From Bacteroidales bacterium (GTDB lineage Bacteria; Bacteroidota; Bacteroidia; Bacteroidales; UBA3824): a DNA stretch of 64,000 nucleotides. Below the pieces are notes generated by a model that saw nothing but the letters and a program-made list of their open reading frames with translations, did no database searches and was not told the DNA's origin. The first letter of the stretch is position 1. Every line of letters starts with the position of its first letter. The DNA is taken from contig JAKSUC010000001.1 of the NCBI GenBank assembly GCA_024413595.1, positions 2,073 through 66,072 of the forward strand, given 5' to 3'. Positions 37,392 through 47,517 of this stretch are shown here, piece by piece. A program made the position numbers and the translations under genes.

Positions 37392-38714
37392 CTATTCAGT
37401 TTTTTCATTATCAAGATTTTGATTCATTTTTAATAATTCTTCAACATCATCAAAACCTTCATCATCTATAACATCTTCTGAAGGATGAAAATAATCATCG
37501 TTTATTAAATCTTCAACATTATCAAAATCTTCTGATTTTTCGGTTTCTTCTTCTTCAAAATCTTCATTGTCAGAATAATCTTCTTCTATTTCAAGCTGTT
37601 CTTTCTCTGGTTGGGGGACAATGTCTTTGTCTTTAAAATAAAATTCGGCATATTTGGGTTCTGATTCAGTCAAACAGTCTTCCATATTTTCGTCAGATAT
37701 TCCCAGTTCTTCATGAGGAGTTTCAGCTGGAATTTCAATTTCATTATTTACAAAAAAATCATTGTTAAAATCATCATTATCTGTAATTTCAAGAATTTGT
37801 TTACGTTTATCACTTCTTGGATGATAAGTAAGAATTTCGTCTCTAAGATACGAACTATCTAGATGAGTATAAATTTCGGTGGTTTGAATAGATTCGTGAC
37901 CAAGCATTTCTTGAACTGCTCTTAAATCAGCACCTCCTTCCACTAAATGAGTTGCAAATGAATGTCGGAAAGTGTGAGGACTTACATTTTTTTCAATTTC
38001 AGCAATTTCAACTAAGCGTTTTACAATAGTAAAAATCATAACGCGAGTAAGTTTTCGACCACGACGATTCAAAAAAAGGTAATCTTTATTTTCGTTGTTG
38101 ATAGCCAAATGACAACGCATTTTTTCAATATAAAAATTTATGTATTTTAATGCAGTTTCGCTTATAGGAACAATTCTAGTTTTGTCGCCTTTACCGGTAA
38201 CTTTAATAAAACTTTGATCAGAAAATATATCGCTGATTTTTAGATTGATAAGTTCCGAAACTCGCAATCCGCAACTATAAAGAGTTTCAATAATAGCACG
38301 ATTTCGTTCACCTTCATCGCTACTTAAATCAATAGCAGCTTCAATTTTGTCGATTTCTTCTACAGTTAAAACATTTGGCAACATCATTCCCATTTTTGGA
38401 CATTGGAGCATTGCTGCGGGCGTATCTTCTATCAAGTTTTCAAACATCATAAAACGATACATTTGTTTAACTGCACTCAAAATTCTAGCTTGAGATCTTG
38501 GTTTCATTCCAATTTTTGCAATCCATTCCATAAAAGCAGAAAGTTCGTCAGCTGTTATTTCTTCAAAATTTCTATCTTTTAAGAAAGTTTCAGAAAAAAA
38601 AGCTAATTTATCAATGTCGCGAGTATAAGCTTCAATGCTATTTTGTGACATTGAACGTTCAAGAGTCATATACTCTTCAAAACTATTCTGAATGTGAAAA
38701 TTATGTTGGTTCAT
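37392..38714 (-). CDS. xerD: tyrosine site-specific recombinase XerD-like with ~140-aa acidic C-terminal extension
   Basis: The core-binding domain has LERS.S.NSIEAY.RD. The catalytic region has ETLYSCGLRVSEL, HTFRHSFATHLVEGGADLRAVQEMLGHESIQTTEIYTH. The protein is 440 aa against about 300 for typical XerD. Confidence 0.8.
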   Translation of the reverse strand: MNQHNFHIQNSFEEYMTLERSMSQNSIEAYTRDIDKLAFFSETFLKDRNFEEITADELSAFMEWIAKIGMKPRSQARILSAVKQMYRFMMFENLIEDTPAAMLQCPKMGMMLPNVLTVEEIDKIEAAIDLSSDEGERNRAIIETLYSCGLRVSELINLKISDIFSDQSFIKVTGKGDKTRIVPISETALKYINFYIEKMRCHLAINNENKDYLFLNRRGRKLTRVMIFTIVKRLVEIAEIEKNVSPHTFRHSFATHLVEGGADLRAVQEMLGHESIQTTEIYTHLDSSYLRDEILTYHPRSDKRKQILEITDNDDFNNDFFVNNEIEIPAETPHEELGISDENMEDCLTESEPKYAEFYFKDKDIVPQPEKEQLEIEEDYSDNEDFEEEETEKSEDFDNVEDLINDDYFHPSEDVIDDEGFDDVEELLKMNQNLDNEKTE

Positions 38715-38798
38715 TTTTATAGAAATCTTTTAAAAAAAAGAAATTTTTGTGTAAAATTAAAAAAGTATTCTAATTTTGTAATCAAAAAATGTAAAAAA

Positions 38799-39170
38799 AT
38801 GAAAAATATATTATTTGTATTATTAGGAAGTGGAATTGGTGGCGTTTTAAGATATTTAATATCAAAATATTTAAAATTTTCAATATTTGGAAGTTTTCCT
38901 TTAGCAACATTTTTGATAAACATATTAGGTTGTTTTTTAATAGGTTTATTTTGTGAATTATTTAATAAAAATGAAATAAGTGAAAATTTAAAAATATTAT
39001 TAACCGTAGGATTTTGTGGAGGGTTTACAACATTTAGCACATTTTCAAACGAAAGTTTTGGATTAATAAAAACAGGCGACTATTTATCAACGGCGGTTTA
39101 TATCTCAATAAGTGTTTTTTTGGGAATATTAGCCGTTTATTTAGGGTCAAAAGTTGCAGGAAAAATATAA
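38799..39170 (+). CDS. crcB: fluoride ion channel CrcB/FluC
   Basis: GSGIGGVLRYLIS and GFCGGFTTFSTF motifs. 123 aa from the ATG at 38799. The longer track ORF (38694) overlaps the xerD start and adds a non-hydrophobic leader. Confidence 0.88.
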   Translation: MKNILFVLLGSGIGGVLRYLISKYLKFSIFGSFPLATFLINILGCFLIGLFCELFNKNEISENLKILLTVGFCGGFTTFSTFSNESFGLIKTGDYLSTAVYISISVFLGILAVYLGSKVAGKI

Positions 39171-39302
39171 AAAACAATAAACTACACCTTATATAATATA
39201 TAAAAAAAAATCAAATAAAACATCAAACACCAAAATCAAAAAAAAAATTAAAAAAAAACGAAAAATCAGTAATATAATTTTTTTGTTTACACATATAAAT
39301 AT

Positions 39303-39310
39303 TAAATTTG
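39303..39310 (+). promoter_or_regulatory. -7 promoter box (TAAATTTG) for thrS
   Basis: Matches TAnnTTTG, 32 nt upstream of the ATG at 39342. Confidence 0.4.
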
Positions 39311-39341
39311 CGCGCATTATTTTAGAAAATCATAAAGAAAA

Positions 39342-41288
39342 ATGATCAAAATAACATTCCCGGATAATTCCGTTAAAGAATTTGCGGAAAATTCAACACC
39401 GCTTGACATAGCTAAGTCACTGAGTAACAGTTTAGCCAAAGAAGTTCTTTCGGCTACTTTCAACGGCAATCCTTGGGACGCCACACGTCCTATCAAAGAA
39501 GATGGTACACTCGTTTTTCATAAATGGGAAGACGAAGAAGGCAAACATACATTTCGTCATTCTGCAGCACACTTAATGGCAGAAGCACTCGAAAAATTAT
39601 ATCCAGGTACAAAATTTGGAATAGGTCCTGCTCTTGAAAATGGCTTTTATTACGATATCGAATTGCCAGAAGGTAAGATAATTACCGATGCCGATTTTGA
39701 AGCAATTGAGAAAAAAATGATAGAAATTGCTCGTGAAAACAAACCATTTGAACGCAAAGAGGTTTCAAAAGACGAAGCATTAGCATTTTTCTCAGCTAAA
39801 AAAGATAATTACAAAACAGAACTTATCAGTGAACTTGAAGATGGAAAAATAACAGAATATACTCAAGGAGATTACACCGACCTTTGTCGTGGACCTCACT
39901 TGCCATCAACAGGTTTAATTAAAGCTGTAAAAATCACAAGTATTGCAGGAGCTTATTGGCGAGGAAACGAAAACAATAAAATGTTGACACGTGTTTATGG
40001 TGTTGCATTTCCAAAACAAAAAATGCTTGACGAATACCTTGTTTTATTAGAAGAAGCCAAAAAACGAGATCATCGTAAAATTGGCAAAGACATGGAATTA
40101 TTTGCATTTTCTGGAAAAGTGGGACAAGGACTTCCTCTTTGGTTGCCAAAAGGAACAGTTTTACGCGAAACATTAACACGTTTTTTAGCTAAAATTCAGA
40201 AAAAATATGGTTATCTTCAAGTGATAACCCCACATATAGGACAAAAAGAACTTTATGTAACATCTGGACACTATGCAAAATATGGAAAAGACTCATTTCA
40301 GCCAATCCATACTCCTTCAGAAAACGAAGAATTTTTGCTAAAACCAATGAATTGTCCTCACCACTGTGAAATTTATGCTTTAAAACCACGTAGTTATAAA
40401 GATTTACCATTAAGATTTGCAGAATTTGGTACAGTTTATCGTTACGAACAAAGTGGTGAATTACATGGACTTACCCGTGTAAGAAGTTTTACACAAGATG
40501 ATGCACACTTGTTTGTACGTCCAGATCAAATTAAAGAAGAATTTTGTAAAGTTATAGACATTATACTTTATATCTTTAAAATACTTCATTTTAAAGAATA
40601 TACAGCACAAGTTTCATTACGAGATCCAGACCATAAAGAAAAATATATAGGAACAGATGAACATTGGAATATGGCAGAACAAGCAATTATTGACGCAGCC
40701 AAAGAAAAAGGATTGCCAACAATAGTTGAAACAGGCGAAGCTGCATTCTATGGTCCAAAACTAGACTTTATGGTAAAAGACGCACTAGGTAGAAAATGGC
40801 AACTTGGAACAATTCAAGTAGACTATAATTTACCAGAACGTTTTAATCTAGAATATATTGGAGCTGATGATAAAAAACATCGTCCAGTAATGATTCACCG
40901 TGCGCCATTTGGTTCTTTGGAACGTTTTATAGCAGTATTGATTGAAAACACAGAAGGAAAATTCCCATTGTGGTTAACACCAGTACAAGCACAAATATTA
41001 CCAATTAGCGAAAAATTCAACGAATATGCTTATAAATTAGCAGAAAGGTTTAACGAAATAGACATTCGTACAGAAGTTGACGACAGAAACGAAAAAATTG
41101 GTAAAAAAATACGTGATAATGAAACAAAACACGTTCCTTTTATGTTAATTGTTGGAGAAAAAGAAGTTGCTGAAAACAAAGTATCAGTAAGAAAACAAGG
41201 AAAACAAGACCTTGGTTCAATGACAATTGAAGAATTTGAACAATTTTTGCAAAATGAAATTAAAAAGGAATTAAATCCTGAAGAATAA
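39342..41288 (+). CDS. thrS: threonine--tRNA ligase
   Basis: TGS N-terminus (IKITFPD), editing domain [10 protein letters not shown], class II motifs (FRHSAAH..., [24 protein letters not shown]), and an anticodon-binding C-terminus. Confidence 0.95.
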   Translation: MIKITFPDNSVKEFAENSTPLDIAKSLSNSLAKEVLSATFNGNPWDATRPIKEDGTLVFHKWEDEEGKHTFRHSAAHLMAEALEKLYPGTKFGIGPALENGFYYDIELPEGKIITDADFEAIEKKMIEIARENKPFERKEVSKDEALAFFSAKKDNYKTELISELEDGKITEYTQGDYTDLCRGPHLPSTGLIKAVKITSIAGAYWRGNENNKMLTRVYGVAFPKQKMLDEYLVLLEEAKKRDHRKIGKDMELFAFSGKVGQGLPLWLPKGTVLRETLTRFLAKIQKKYGYLQVITPHIGQKELYVTSGHYAKYGKDSFQPIHTPSENEEFLLKPMNCPHHCEIYALKPRSYKDLPLRFAEFGTVYRYEQSGELHGLTRVRSFTQDDAHLFVRPDQIKEEFCKVIDIILYIFKILHFKEYTAQVSLRDPDHKEKYIGTDEHWNMAEQAIIDAAKEKGLPTIVETGEAAFYGPKLDFMVKDALGRKWQLGTIQVDYNLPERFNLEYIGADDKKHRPVMIHRAPFGSLERFIAVLIENTEGKFPLWLTPVQAQILPISEKFNEYAYKLAERFNEIDIRTEVDDRNEKIGKKIRDNETKHVPFMLIVGEKEVAENKVSVRKQGKQDLGSMTIEEFEQFLQNEIKKELNPEE

Positions 41289-41327
41289 ATAAATTCGATA
41301 TTAACTTAATTTTGGGAGGACACTACT

Positions 41328-41861
41328 ATAGCTAGACCGACAGACCAACCCACTCATAGAATAAACGACAGAATACGAGCTAAGACAGTTCGCGTAGTGG
41401 GCGACAATATACAAGACAACAATCTTGTAATGTCGAGAGAAGAAGCTCTGCAACTTGCAGAGGAAATGGAACTTGACTTGGTTGAAATATCACCAGATGC
41501 AGTTCCACCTGTATGTAAAATTATTGACTATCAGAAATTTCTGTATCAGCTCAAGAAAAAATTGAAAGAACAGAAAGCCAAGACAGCCAAAACACAGGTT
41601 AAAGAAATACGTTTCGGACCTCAAACCGATGATCATGATTTTGAATTTAAACTAAATCATGCAAAGAAGTTTTTAACTGATGGTGACAAGGTTAGAGCGT
41701 ATGTATTTTTCAAAGGACGCCAAATTTTGTTTAAAGAACAAGGCGAAATACTTCTTCTGAAGTTTGCCGACCAACTAGAAGAGTTTGGTCGAGTAGACCA
41801 GATGCCTCTACTTGAGGGTAAAAAGATGACAATCTTAATTACTCCAGTTAAAAAGAAATAG
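41328..41861 (+). CDS. infC: translation initiation factor IF-3 (predicted non-canonical ATA start)
   Basis: The track ORF starts at GTG 41397, but the conserved IF-3 N-terminal motif [15 protein letters not shown] is encoded upstream in the same frame. That frame opens after the TAA at 41307. No ATG/GTG/TTG/CTG occurs between 41310 and 41396. ATA at 41328 lies 8 nt downstream of GGGAGGA (41314-41320). Confidence 0.7.
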   Translation: MARPTDQPTHRINDRIRAKTVRVVGDNIQDNNLVMSREEALQLAEEMELDLVEISPDAVPPVCKIIDYQKFLYQLKKKLKEQKAKTAKTQVKEIRFGPQTDDHDFEFKLNHAKKFLTDGDKVRAYVFFKGRQILFKEQGEILLLKFADQLEEFGRVDQMPLLEGKKMTILITPVKKK

Positions 41862-41905
41862 ATAAAATAATTCGTGCGTTAGTAACGACTTAAAGGATAA
41901 ATAAA

Positions 41906-42103
41906 ATGCCAAAAACAAAAACAAATTGTGCCACAAAAAAAAGGTTCAAACTAACTGCTTCAGGCATCATTAAAAGAAAACATGCCTATAAGAGCCACAT
42001 TTTGACTAAAAAGTCAACAAAAAGAAAAAGAAATCTTAGATACTTTGGTGTTGTTGAAGGTGCAAACCTTAACGCTATCAAAGAATTATTAGTAATGCAC
42101 TAA
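41906..42103 (+). CDS. rpmI: 50S ribosomal protein L35
   Basis: 65 aa, MPKTKTN...KRFK.T..G.IKRK.A.KSH.L..K, in the canonical infC-rpmI-rplT order. Confidence 0.93.
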   Translation: MPKTKTNCATKKRFKLTASGIIKRKHAYKSHILTKKSTKRKRNLRYFGVVEGANLNAIKELLVMH

Positions 42104-42229
42104 AAGATTTTTTTAGGTTTTAATTTTTATAACAATTATTTAAGTTTAACCAGAACGTTGAGCTGCTAAGAACAGAAGTTTAAAAATAAAAACAGAACTG
42201 TCGCTTACGTTCAAAAAAACAATTGAATT

Positions 42230-42574
42230 ATGCCAAGATCAGTGAATGTTGTTGCATCACGCAACAGAAGAAAAAAGATCCTTAAACTTACAAGAGGATA
42301 TTTTGGTTGCAGATCAAATGTTTGGACTGTAGCTAAAAACACATACGAAAAAGGTCTCTTGCATGCCTATATAAATCGCAAGAAGAAAAAACGCAATTTC
42401 CGCGCTCTTTGGATTGCACGTATCAACGCAGCAGTTAGAGGTTACAACATGTCTTACTCTGAATTTATCGGTAAGATGGCTAAGAAAGATATCAAATTGA
42501 ACCGTAAAGTTCTTGCTGATTTAGCGATGAATAATCCTAACGCTTTCGAAGCTGTTGTTAACTTAGTTAAATAG
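42230..42574 (+). CDS. rplT: 50S ribosomal protein L20
   Basis: 114 aa, MPRSVN.VASR.RRKKILK...GY.G, and ...[13 protein letters not shown]. Confidence 0.95.
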   Translation: MPRSVNVVASRNRRKKILKLTRGYFGCRSNVWTVAKNTYEKGLLHAYINRKKKKRNFRALWIARINAAVRGYNMSYSEFIGKMAKKDIKLNRKVLADLAMNNPNAFEAVVNLVK

Positions 42575-42666
42575 TTTTTAACTAACATTTTAGATTATTA
42601 ATTTTATTAATTGAAAGTTATTTTTCGCACGAATTTTTTATAAAAATTTACTTTCACATTATTTAA

Positions 42667-42712
42667 AAGGAACAATAACTTTTTTAACAAAATTTATTGT
42701 TCCTTTTTCTTT
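42667..42712 (+). terminator. rho-independent terminator downstream of rplT
   Basis: AAGGAACAATAA (42667-42678) pairs with TTATTGTTCCTT (42694-42705), followed by a T-run. Confidence 0.7.
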
Positions 42713-42720
42713 TTATTCTA

Positions 42721-42728
42721 TAACTTTG
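42721..42728 (+). promoter_or_regulatory. -7 promoter box (TAACTTTG) for dapB
   Basis: Matches TAnnTTTG, 24 nt upstream of the ATG at 42752. Confidence 0.4.
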
Positions 42729-42751
42729 TATCATAATTTTTAACAAAAAAT

Positions 42752-43474
42752 ATGAAAATTGCACTTATTGGCTACGGAAAAATGGGCCATGAAATAGAAA
42801 ATGTGGCTGTTTCTCGTGGTCACGAAATAGTATTTATCGAAGATGCTTTGATAAACCCTCAAGAATTTGATGATCAACATCTTCAAAAAGCAGACATTGC
42901 AATTGAATTTACTCGTCCAGATGCTGCTTTTGGTAATTATATGAAATGTTTTCATGCTGGAATTCCAGTTGTTTCAGGAACAACAGGTTGGCTTGAAAAA
43001 CTTCCTGAAGTAAAACGCATGTGCGCTGAAGAAGACAAAACTTTCTTTTATTCTTCTAATTATTCTATCGGTGTTAACATATTTTTCCGTTTGAATAAAT
43101 TTTTGGCAGAAATGATGAATGGTTTTAACAATTATGATGTTAAAATGCAAGAAATTCATCATATTCACAAACTTGACAAACCAAGTGGAACTGCAATTAC
43201 TCTAGCAGAAGGCGTTATGGAAAAACTTGATCGTAAAAATGCTTGGACTTTAGATCAAAATCCAAAACAAAACGAAATTCTTATCGATTCTGTTCGTGAA
43301 GGAGAAGTTCCAGGAACTCATTCTATTAAGTATTTTTCTGATATAGATGATATCCAAATTACACATACAGCTTATAATAGAACAGGTCTTGCATTTGGCG
43401 CCGTTTTAGCAGCAGAATTCTTGTTTGGAAAACCATCTGGTTTTTATAGTATGGACGATATGATGAAATTTTAA
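42752..43474 (+). CDS. dapB: 4-hydroxy-tetrahydrodipicolinate reductase
   Basis: N-terminal Rossmann IALIGYGKMG and the signature EIHHIHKLDKPSGTA. Confidence 0.9.
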   Translation: MKIALIGYGKMGHEIENVAVSRGHEIVFIEDALINPQEFDDQHLQKADIAIEFTRPDAAFGNYMKCFHAGIPVVSGTTGWLEKLPEVKRMCAEEDKTFFYSSNYSIGVNIFFRLNKFLAEMMNGFNNYDVKMQEIHHIHKLDKPSGTAITLAEGVMEKLDRKNAWTLDQNPKQNEILIDSVREGEVPGTHSIKYFSDIDDIQITHTAYNRTGLAFGAVLAAEFLFGKPSGFYSMDDMMKF

Positions 43475-43529
43475 TTTGTAACATTTAGAAGGTAATTGCT
43501 TCTTTTATATTATTTTACACAAATAAACT

Positions 43530-44951
43530 ATGAAAAAAATATTTTCAAATAAATGGGTGAAATTCGGAATATATACCGCAATTTACCTTCTTTTTGTAAT
43601 ATGGTTGAAAAATTGGTGGTTATTATTAGGATTAATCATTATTTTTGATTTTTGCATTACACAAAAAGTACATTGGGCATTTTGGAAAAAACGTGGTGTT
43701 GAAAAACAAACCAAAACTATTGAATGGATTGACGCTGTGATATTTGCAGTTATTGCTGCAACTATAATAAGAATATTTTTTATTGAAGCATTCAAAATAC
43801 CAACATCATCAATGGAAAAATCATTGTTAGTTGGTGATTATTTGTTTGTTAGCAAATATCATTATGGACCAAAGATGCCAAATACACCATTGTCAGTTCC
43901 TTTTGTTCATCATACATTACCATTTACACAAAATACAAAATCTTTTGTTGAATGGATAAAATGGCCTTATCATCGTCTTGCAGGATTAACTACTGTTAAA
44001 AATAATGATGTTGTAGTATTTAATTTTCCAGAAGGAGATACAGTTTGTTTAAACGCACAATCAAATAGTTATTATTCTTTTGTTCGTGATTTAGGACGAG
44101 ATGCTGTTGTAAATGATAGAATTGTTGATAATTCAACAGGTAATGTTTTTACAGGAAATTTTGGAGAAATAATTTATCGTCCTGTTGATAAAAGAGAAAA
44201 TTATATCAAACGTTGTATTGGAATAGCTGGCGATACAATACAAATTATTGATGGACAAGCATTTATTAATGGAAAACCTCAAGAAGAAATTGGTGATAAA
44301 CAATATAAATATGCTATTGTAACAGATGGAAATCCAATAAATCCAATGCTTCTTGAAGAAATGGGAATATCTCAAGAAGATATGTTAGCATCTCATGGTT
44401 TTACAGCAGAATTATATACTATTCTCCCTGAATTACAAGATGTTGATGTTAATAAAATAATACTTCTTCATTTAACAAAAGAAAATGTTGATAAAATTAA
44501 ATCTTTACCTTGTGTAAAATCTGTAACAAGAATAATTCGTCCAGAAAATTATCGTTCAAATTATATATTTCCTCATAATGAAAATTATAGATGGAATGAA
44601 GATAATTTTGGACCATTATATATACCTAAAAAAGATGTAACAATTAATCTAGACACATTAACACTTCCATTATATCATAGAATAATAGAAACATACGAAG
44701 AAAATTCTTTAAGAGTTGAAAATGGTAATATTTTTATAAATGATACATTATCAACTACATATACATTTAAAATGGACTATTATTTTATGATGGGAGATAG
44801 TAGACACAATTCAGCAGACTCTAGATTTTGGGGGTTTGTTCCCGAAGATCATATTGTTGGTAAAGCATTATTTATTTGGTTGTCGTCTGACAAAGATAAA
44901 GTTTTCCCTTCTTCAATTAGATGGGATCGATTTTTAAATTCGATTAAATAA
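43530..44951 (+). CDS. lepB: signal peptidase I (long Bacteroidota type)
   Basis: Catalytic Ser box [20 protein letters not shown], Lys box [10 protein letters not shown], and [17 protein letters not shown]. Confidence 0.9.
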   Translation: MKKIFSNKWVKFGIYTAIYLLFVIWLKNWWLLLGLIIIFDFCITQKVHWAFWKKRGVEKQTKTIEWIDAVIFAVIAATIIRIFFIEAFKIPTSSMEKSLLVGDYLFVSKYHYGPKMPNTPLSVPFVHHTLPFTQNTKSFVEWIKWPYHRLAGLTTVKNNDVVVFNFPEGDTVCLNAQSNSYYSFVRDLGRDAVVNDRIVDNSTGNVFTGNFGEIIYRPVDKRENYIKRCIGIAGDTIQIIDGQAFINGKPQEEIGDKQYKYAIVTDGNPINPMLLEEMGISQEDMLASHGFTAELYTILPELQDVDVNKIILLHLTKENVDKIKSLPCVKSVTRIIRPENYRSNYIFPHNENYRWNEDNFGPLYIPKKDVTINLDTLTLPLYHRIIETYEENSLRVENGNIFINDTLSTTYTFKMDYYFMMGDSRHNSADSRFWGFVPEDHIVGKALFIWLSSDKDKVFPSSIRWDRFLNSIK

Positions 44952-44969
44952 AATTTAGTAAAAATAATA

Positions 44970-45878
44970 TTGAAAAAAGTTATTAAACGTTGGATTTTAC
45001 CATTAATTTTATCTATACTATTTTCAATAATAATATTCTTATTAATTAAAAATAATATATTTAGAATTAATGGTGATTCAATGTATCCAACAGTTAGAGG
45101 TGGAGATGTTGTTTTTGTTAAGAAAATTAATAAAATTAACATTGGTGATTTAGTTATGGTTAGTAATCCTTTACAAACTAAAAATACTGATATGTCGAAA
45201 TTTTTATCATTAAAAAGATGTGTTGGATTACCAGGAGATTCTATTCAAATATACCAAAAACGTTTATATAGAAATGGAATTTTACAAAAATCAGATTATT
45301 GCTCTTTTTATAAAAAAGTTAGAATATTTAGCAAAGAAGAAATTGAACTAGCAAAAAATCATTATAAAATAATAAGTGATAGCTCTTATTTAATCAATAG
45401 TTTAGTGATAGTTCCAGAACAAGAAATGAAAAAAATATCAGAAGAAGGCAAATTAAAACATATATCAGATGATATTATTTCTAAAGATTTACATGATTAT
45501 TGTTTATTTCCATATTCTCATGTTGTTAATTGGAATAGAGATTATTATGGTCCATTATTGATACCCAAAAAAGGATTAAATATTAAATTATCAGTTTTTA
45601 ATTATGTTTATTATAAATTTTTGATTGATAATTTTGAAAATCATAAAATTGAATATAAAAATAATAAATTTTATGTAGATGGAGTTTTGTCAGAAAATTA
45701 TACATTTAAAAATGATTATTATTTTGTTTTAAATGATTTTAGAGACAATCCATCTGATTCAAGAACATTTGGACCTGTTCCTAAAAATCATATTTATGCA
45801 ACAGCAAAAAGATTTATAACTAAAACAAATTCTGAAGGTTCAAGCATTTTTAGTAAAACATTGTCAGTTATTGAATAA
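44970..45878 (+). CDS. signal peptidase I paralog (TTG start)
   Basis: INGDSMYPTVRGGDVVFVKK, LKRCVGLPGD and NDFRDNPSDSRTFGPVP. The only in-frame ATG downstream lies inside the catalytic box, so the TTG at 44970 or a nearby non-ATG start is required. Confidence 0.8.
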   Translation: MKKVIKRWILPLILSILFSIIIFLLIKNNIFRINGDSMYPTVRGGDVVFVKKINKINIGDLVMVSNPLQTKNTDMSKFLSLKRCVGLPGDSIQIYQKRLYRNGILQKSDYCSFYKKVRIFSKEEIELAKNHYKIISDSSYLINSLVIVPEQEMKKISEEGKLKHISDDIISKDLHDYCLFPYSHVVNWNRDYYGPLLIPKKGLNIKLSVFNYVYYKFLIDNFENHKIEYKNNKFYVDGVLSENYTFKNDYYFVLNDFRDNPSDSRTFGPVPKNHIYATAKRFITKTNSEGSSIFSKTLSVIE

Positions 45879-45950
45879 AACTCAATTAATTTTTCGTATA
45901 TTTACATAACGAAAAAAGTAAGTATAATAAAAAACTAAAAACCTAAAATT

Positions 45951-46559
45951 ATGTCATCATATCAATTATTTTGTGGAAAAACATCCATATTACTAGATGA
46001 AAATTTGGACGTAAAAAATACTAATATTCAACCAATTGAATATTATGATACATTTATAGAAGATTGTTTAGACGGCAAAAAAAGTGGAGAATTTTATATC
46101 CAAGAAAATCCTGAATTGATTCTCGAAAAGTTTAAAAACAAATATAAATATATAGAAGCAGCAGGTGGCTACGTACTAAATAATGTAGGTCAAAGTCTTG
46201 TTATTTTTAGAAATGGACTTTGGGATTTGCCAAAAGGAAAAGTAGAACCTGGCGAAAATATTGAAGATGCTGCAATTCGTGAAGTTATGGAAGAAACAGG
46301 AATTTCTCGACCAACTATTGAACGTAAACTTACAGATACATATCATTTTTATCGTTGGAAAGACGATCCTCAAGTTTGTTTCAAAAAAACATATTGGTAT
46401 TTAATGAATTATATAGGTGATGGCAAAACAAAACCTCAAATAGAAGAAGGCATAACAACAGCACATTGGGCTGACGATGGCTTAATTGATGATATGATTG
46501 CAAAAACACACAGAAATTTACATATTTTGTTTCAGTTTAAAAAAGACGGAAGAATATGA
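45951..46559 (+). CDS. NUDIX hydrolase
   Basis: Nudix box GKVEPGENIEDAAIREVMEETGI, with an N-terminal ~65-aa extra domain. Confidence 0.85.
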   Translation: MSSYQLFCGKTSILLDENLDVKNTNIQPIEYYDTFIEDCLDGKKSGEFYIQENPELILEKFKNKYKYIEAAGGYVLNNVGQSLVIFRNGLWDLPKGKVEPGENIEDAAIREVMEETGISRPTIERKLTDTYHFYRWKDDPQVCFKKTYWYLMNYIGDGKTKPQIEEGITTAHWADDGLIDDMIAKTHRNLHILFQFKKDGRI

Positions 46560-47497
46560 AAAAAATAATATTTAGTCTTTTAATGATATTATTTTGTTTA
46601 TCACAATTTTCTTGTGAAAATAATTCAAATGATATATCAACAAATGATAGTATAATTAAAGTTGATAAAATTATAGAATTAATAAAAAAACAAAAGATTA
46701 TATCTATAAAAAATAAAAGAATTGTAGGTGAGTTAGATTTTACAAAAATTGTAGAGTCAAATCCTGATTTACAAGTTGCAACATCATACATTGATTGTGA
46801 TATTTGTTTCATAAATTGTAATTTTCAAGATTCAATCACAGCTTATCGCTTTGAAAGTAAAACCAAAACAACATTTGTAACAGTATTTCAAAAGAATATA
46901 TGTTTTTTAAATTGTAAATTTCAAAAAGGACTAAACTTCAAACAAAGTGATTTTATAGGAAGAATAAACATTGATCAATGTGATATTGAGAGTAATATAA
47001 TATTTGATGGATCATTATTCAGAACAGGAGTATCATTTTGTTCAACAAATTTTAAATCAGATGTTTCGTTTGTAAGTTCGGTATTTAATGGGCGAACAAA
47101 TTTTTTGAAATCATTTTTCAAAAAATCATTTATTTGTCAATATGCACGATTTAGAGAAAATGTAATGTTTTGTGATTCATATTTTTATGGATATTTTGAT
47201 TTCTCTAAAATCAATGCAGATTTATTAATTGATTTTACCAATGCAAAATTTTCAGATGTTGTATTATTTAGCAACTCTACATACATAAATGGTTTAAAAC
47301 TTGCAAAATGTGAATTAAAAAAAGGAGTAACATTTACAGATAATAATATTTATAAAGCATTAGATTTACGCAATGCAAAAATTAATAATAAAGTATTATT
47401 TAACAACAACAAATTATTAGAAGAACCTAATATTCAAGACATACAACAAGGAGAAAATTATCAAATAGAAAAAAGTAAAAATATAATATATCAATAA
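46556..47497 (+). CDS. pentapeptide-repeat-like lipoprotein
   Basis: Lipobox ILFCLSQFSC. About 200 aa show 5-residue periodicity with central F/L (NCKFQ KGLNF KQSDF ... GRTNF LKSFF ... NAKFS DVVLF). Its ATG overlaps the NUDIX stop (ATGA). Confidence 0.5.
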   Translation: MKKIIFSLLMILFCLSQFSCENNSNDISTNDSIIKVDKIIELIKKQKIISIKNKRIVGELDFTKIVESNPDLQVATSYIDCDICFINCNFQDSITAYRFESKTKTTFVTVFQKNICFLNCKFQKGLNFKQSDFIGRINIDQCDIESNIIFDGSLFRTGVSFCSTNFKSDVSFVSSVFNGRTNFLKSFFKKSFICQYARFRENVMFCDSYFYGYFDFSKINADLLIDFTNAKFSDVVLFSNSTYINGLKLAKCELKKGVTFTDNNIYKALDLRNAKINNKVLFNNNKLLEEPNIQDIQQGENYQIEKSKNIIYQ

Positions 47498-47517
47498 TTA
47501 ATCTTAAATAAAAAGTT

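Noticed and set aside
38694-38798. N-terminal 35-codon extension of the crcB ORF, and a possible fluoride riboswitch upstream of crcB
   Set aside because: The extension overlaps the xerD start and is not hydrophobic, and the ATG at 38799 gives a normal 123-aa CrcB. The 84-nt upstream region is almost pure A/T, with none of the GC-containing conserved helices of the crcB fluoride riboswitch.
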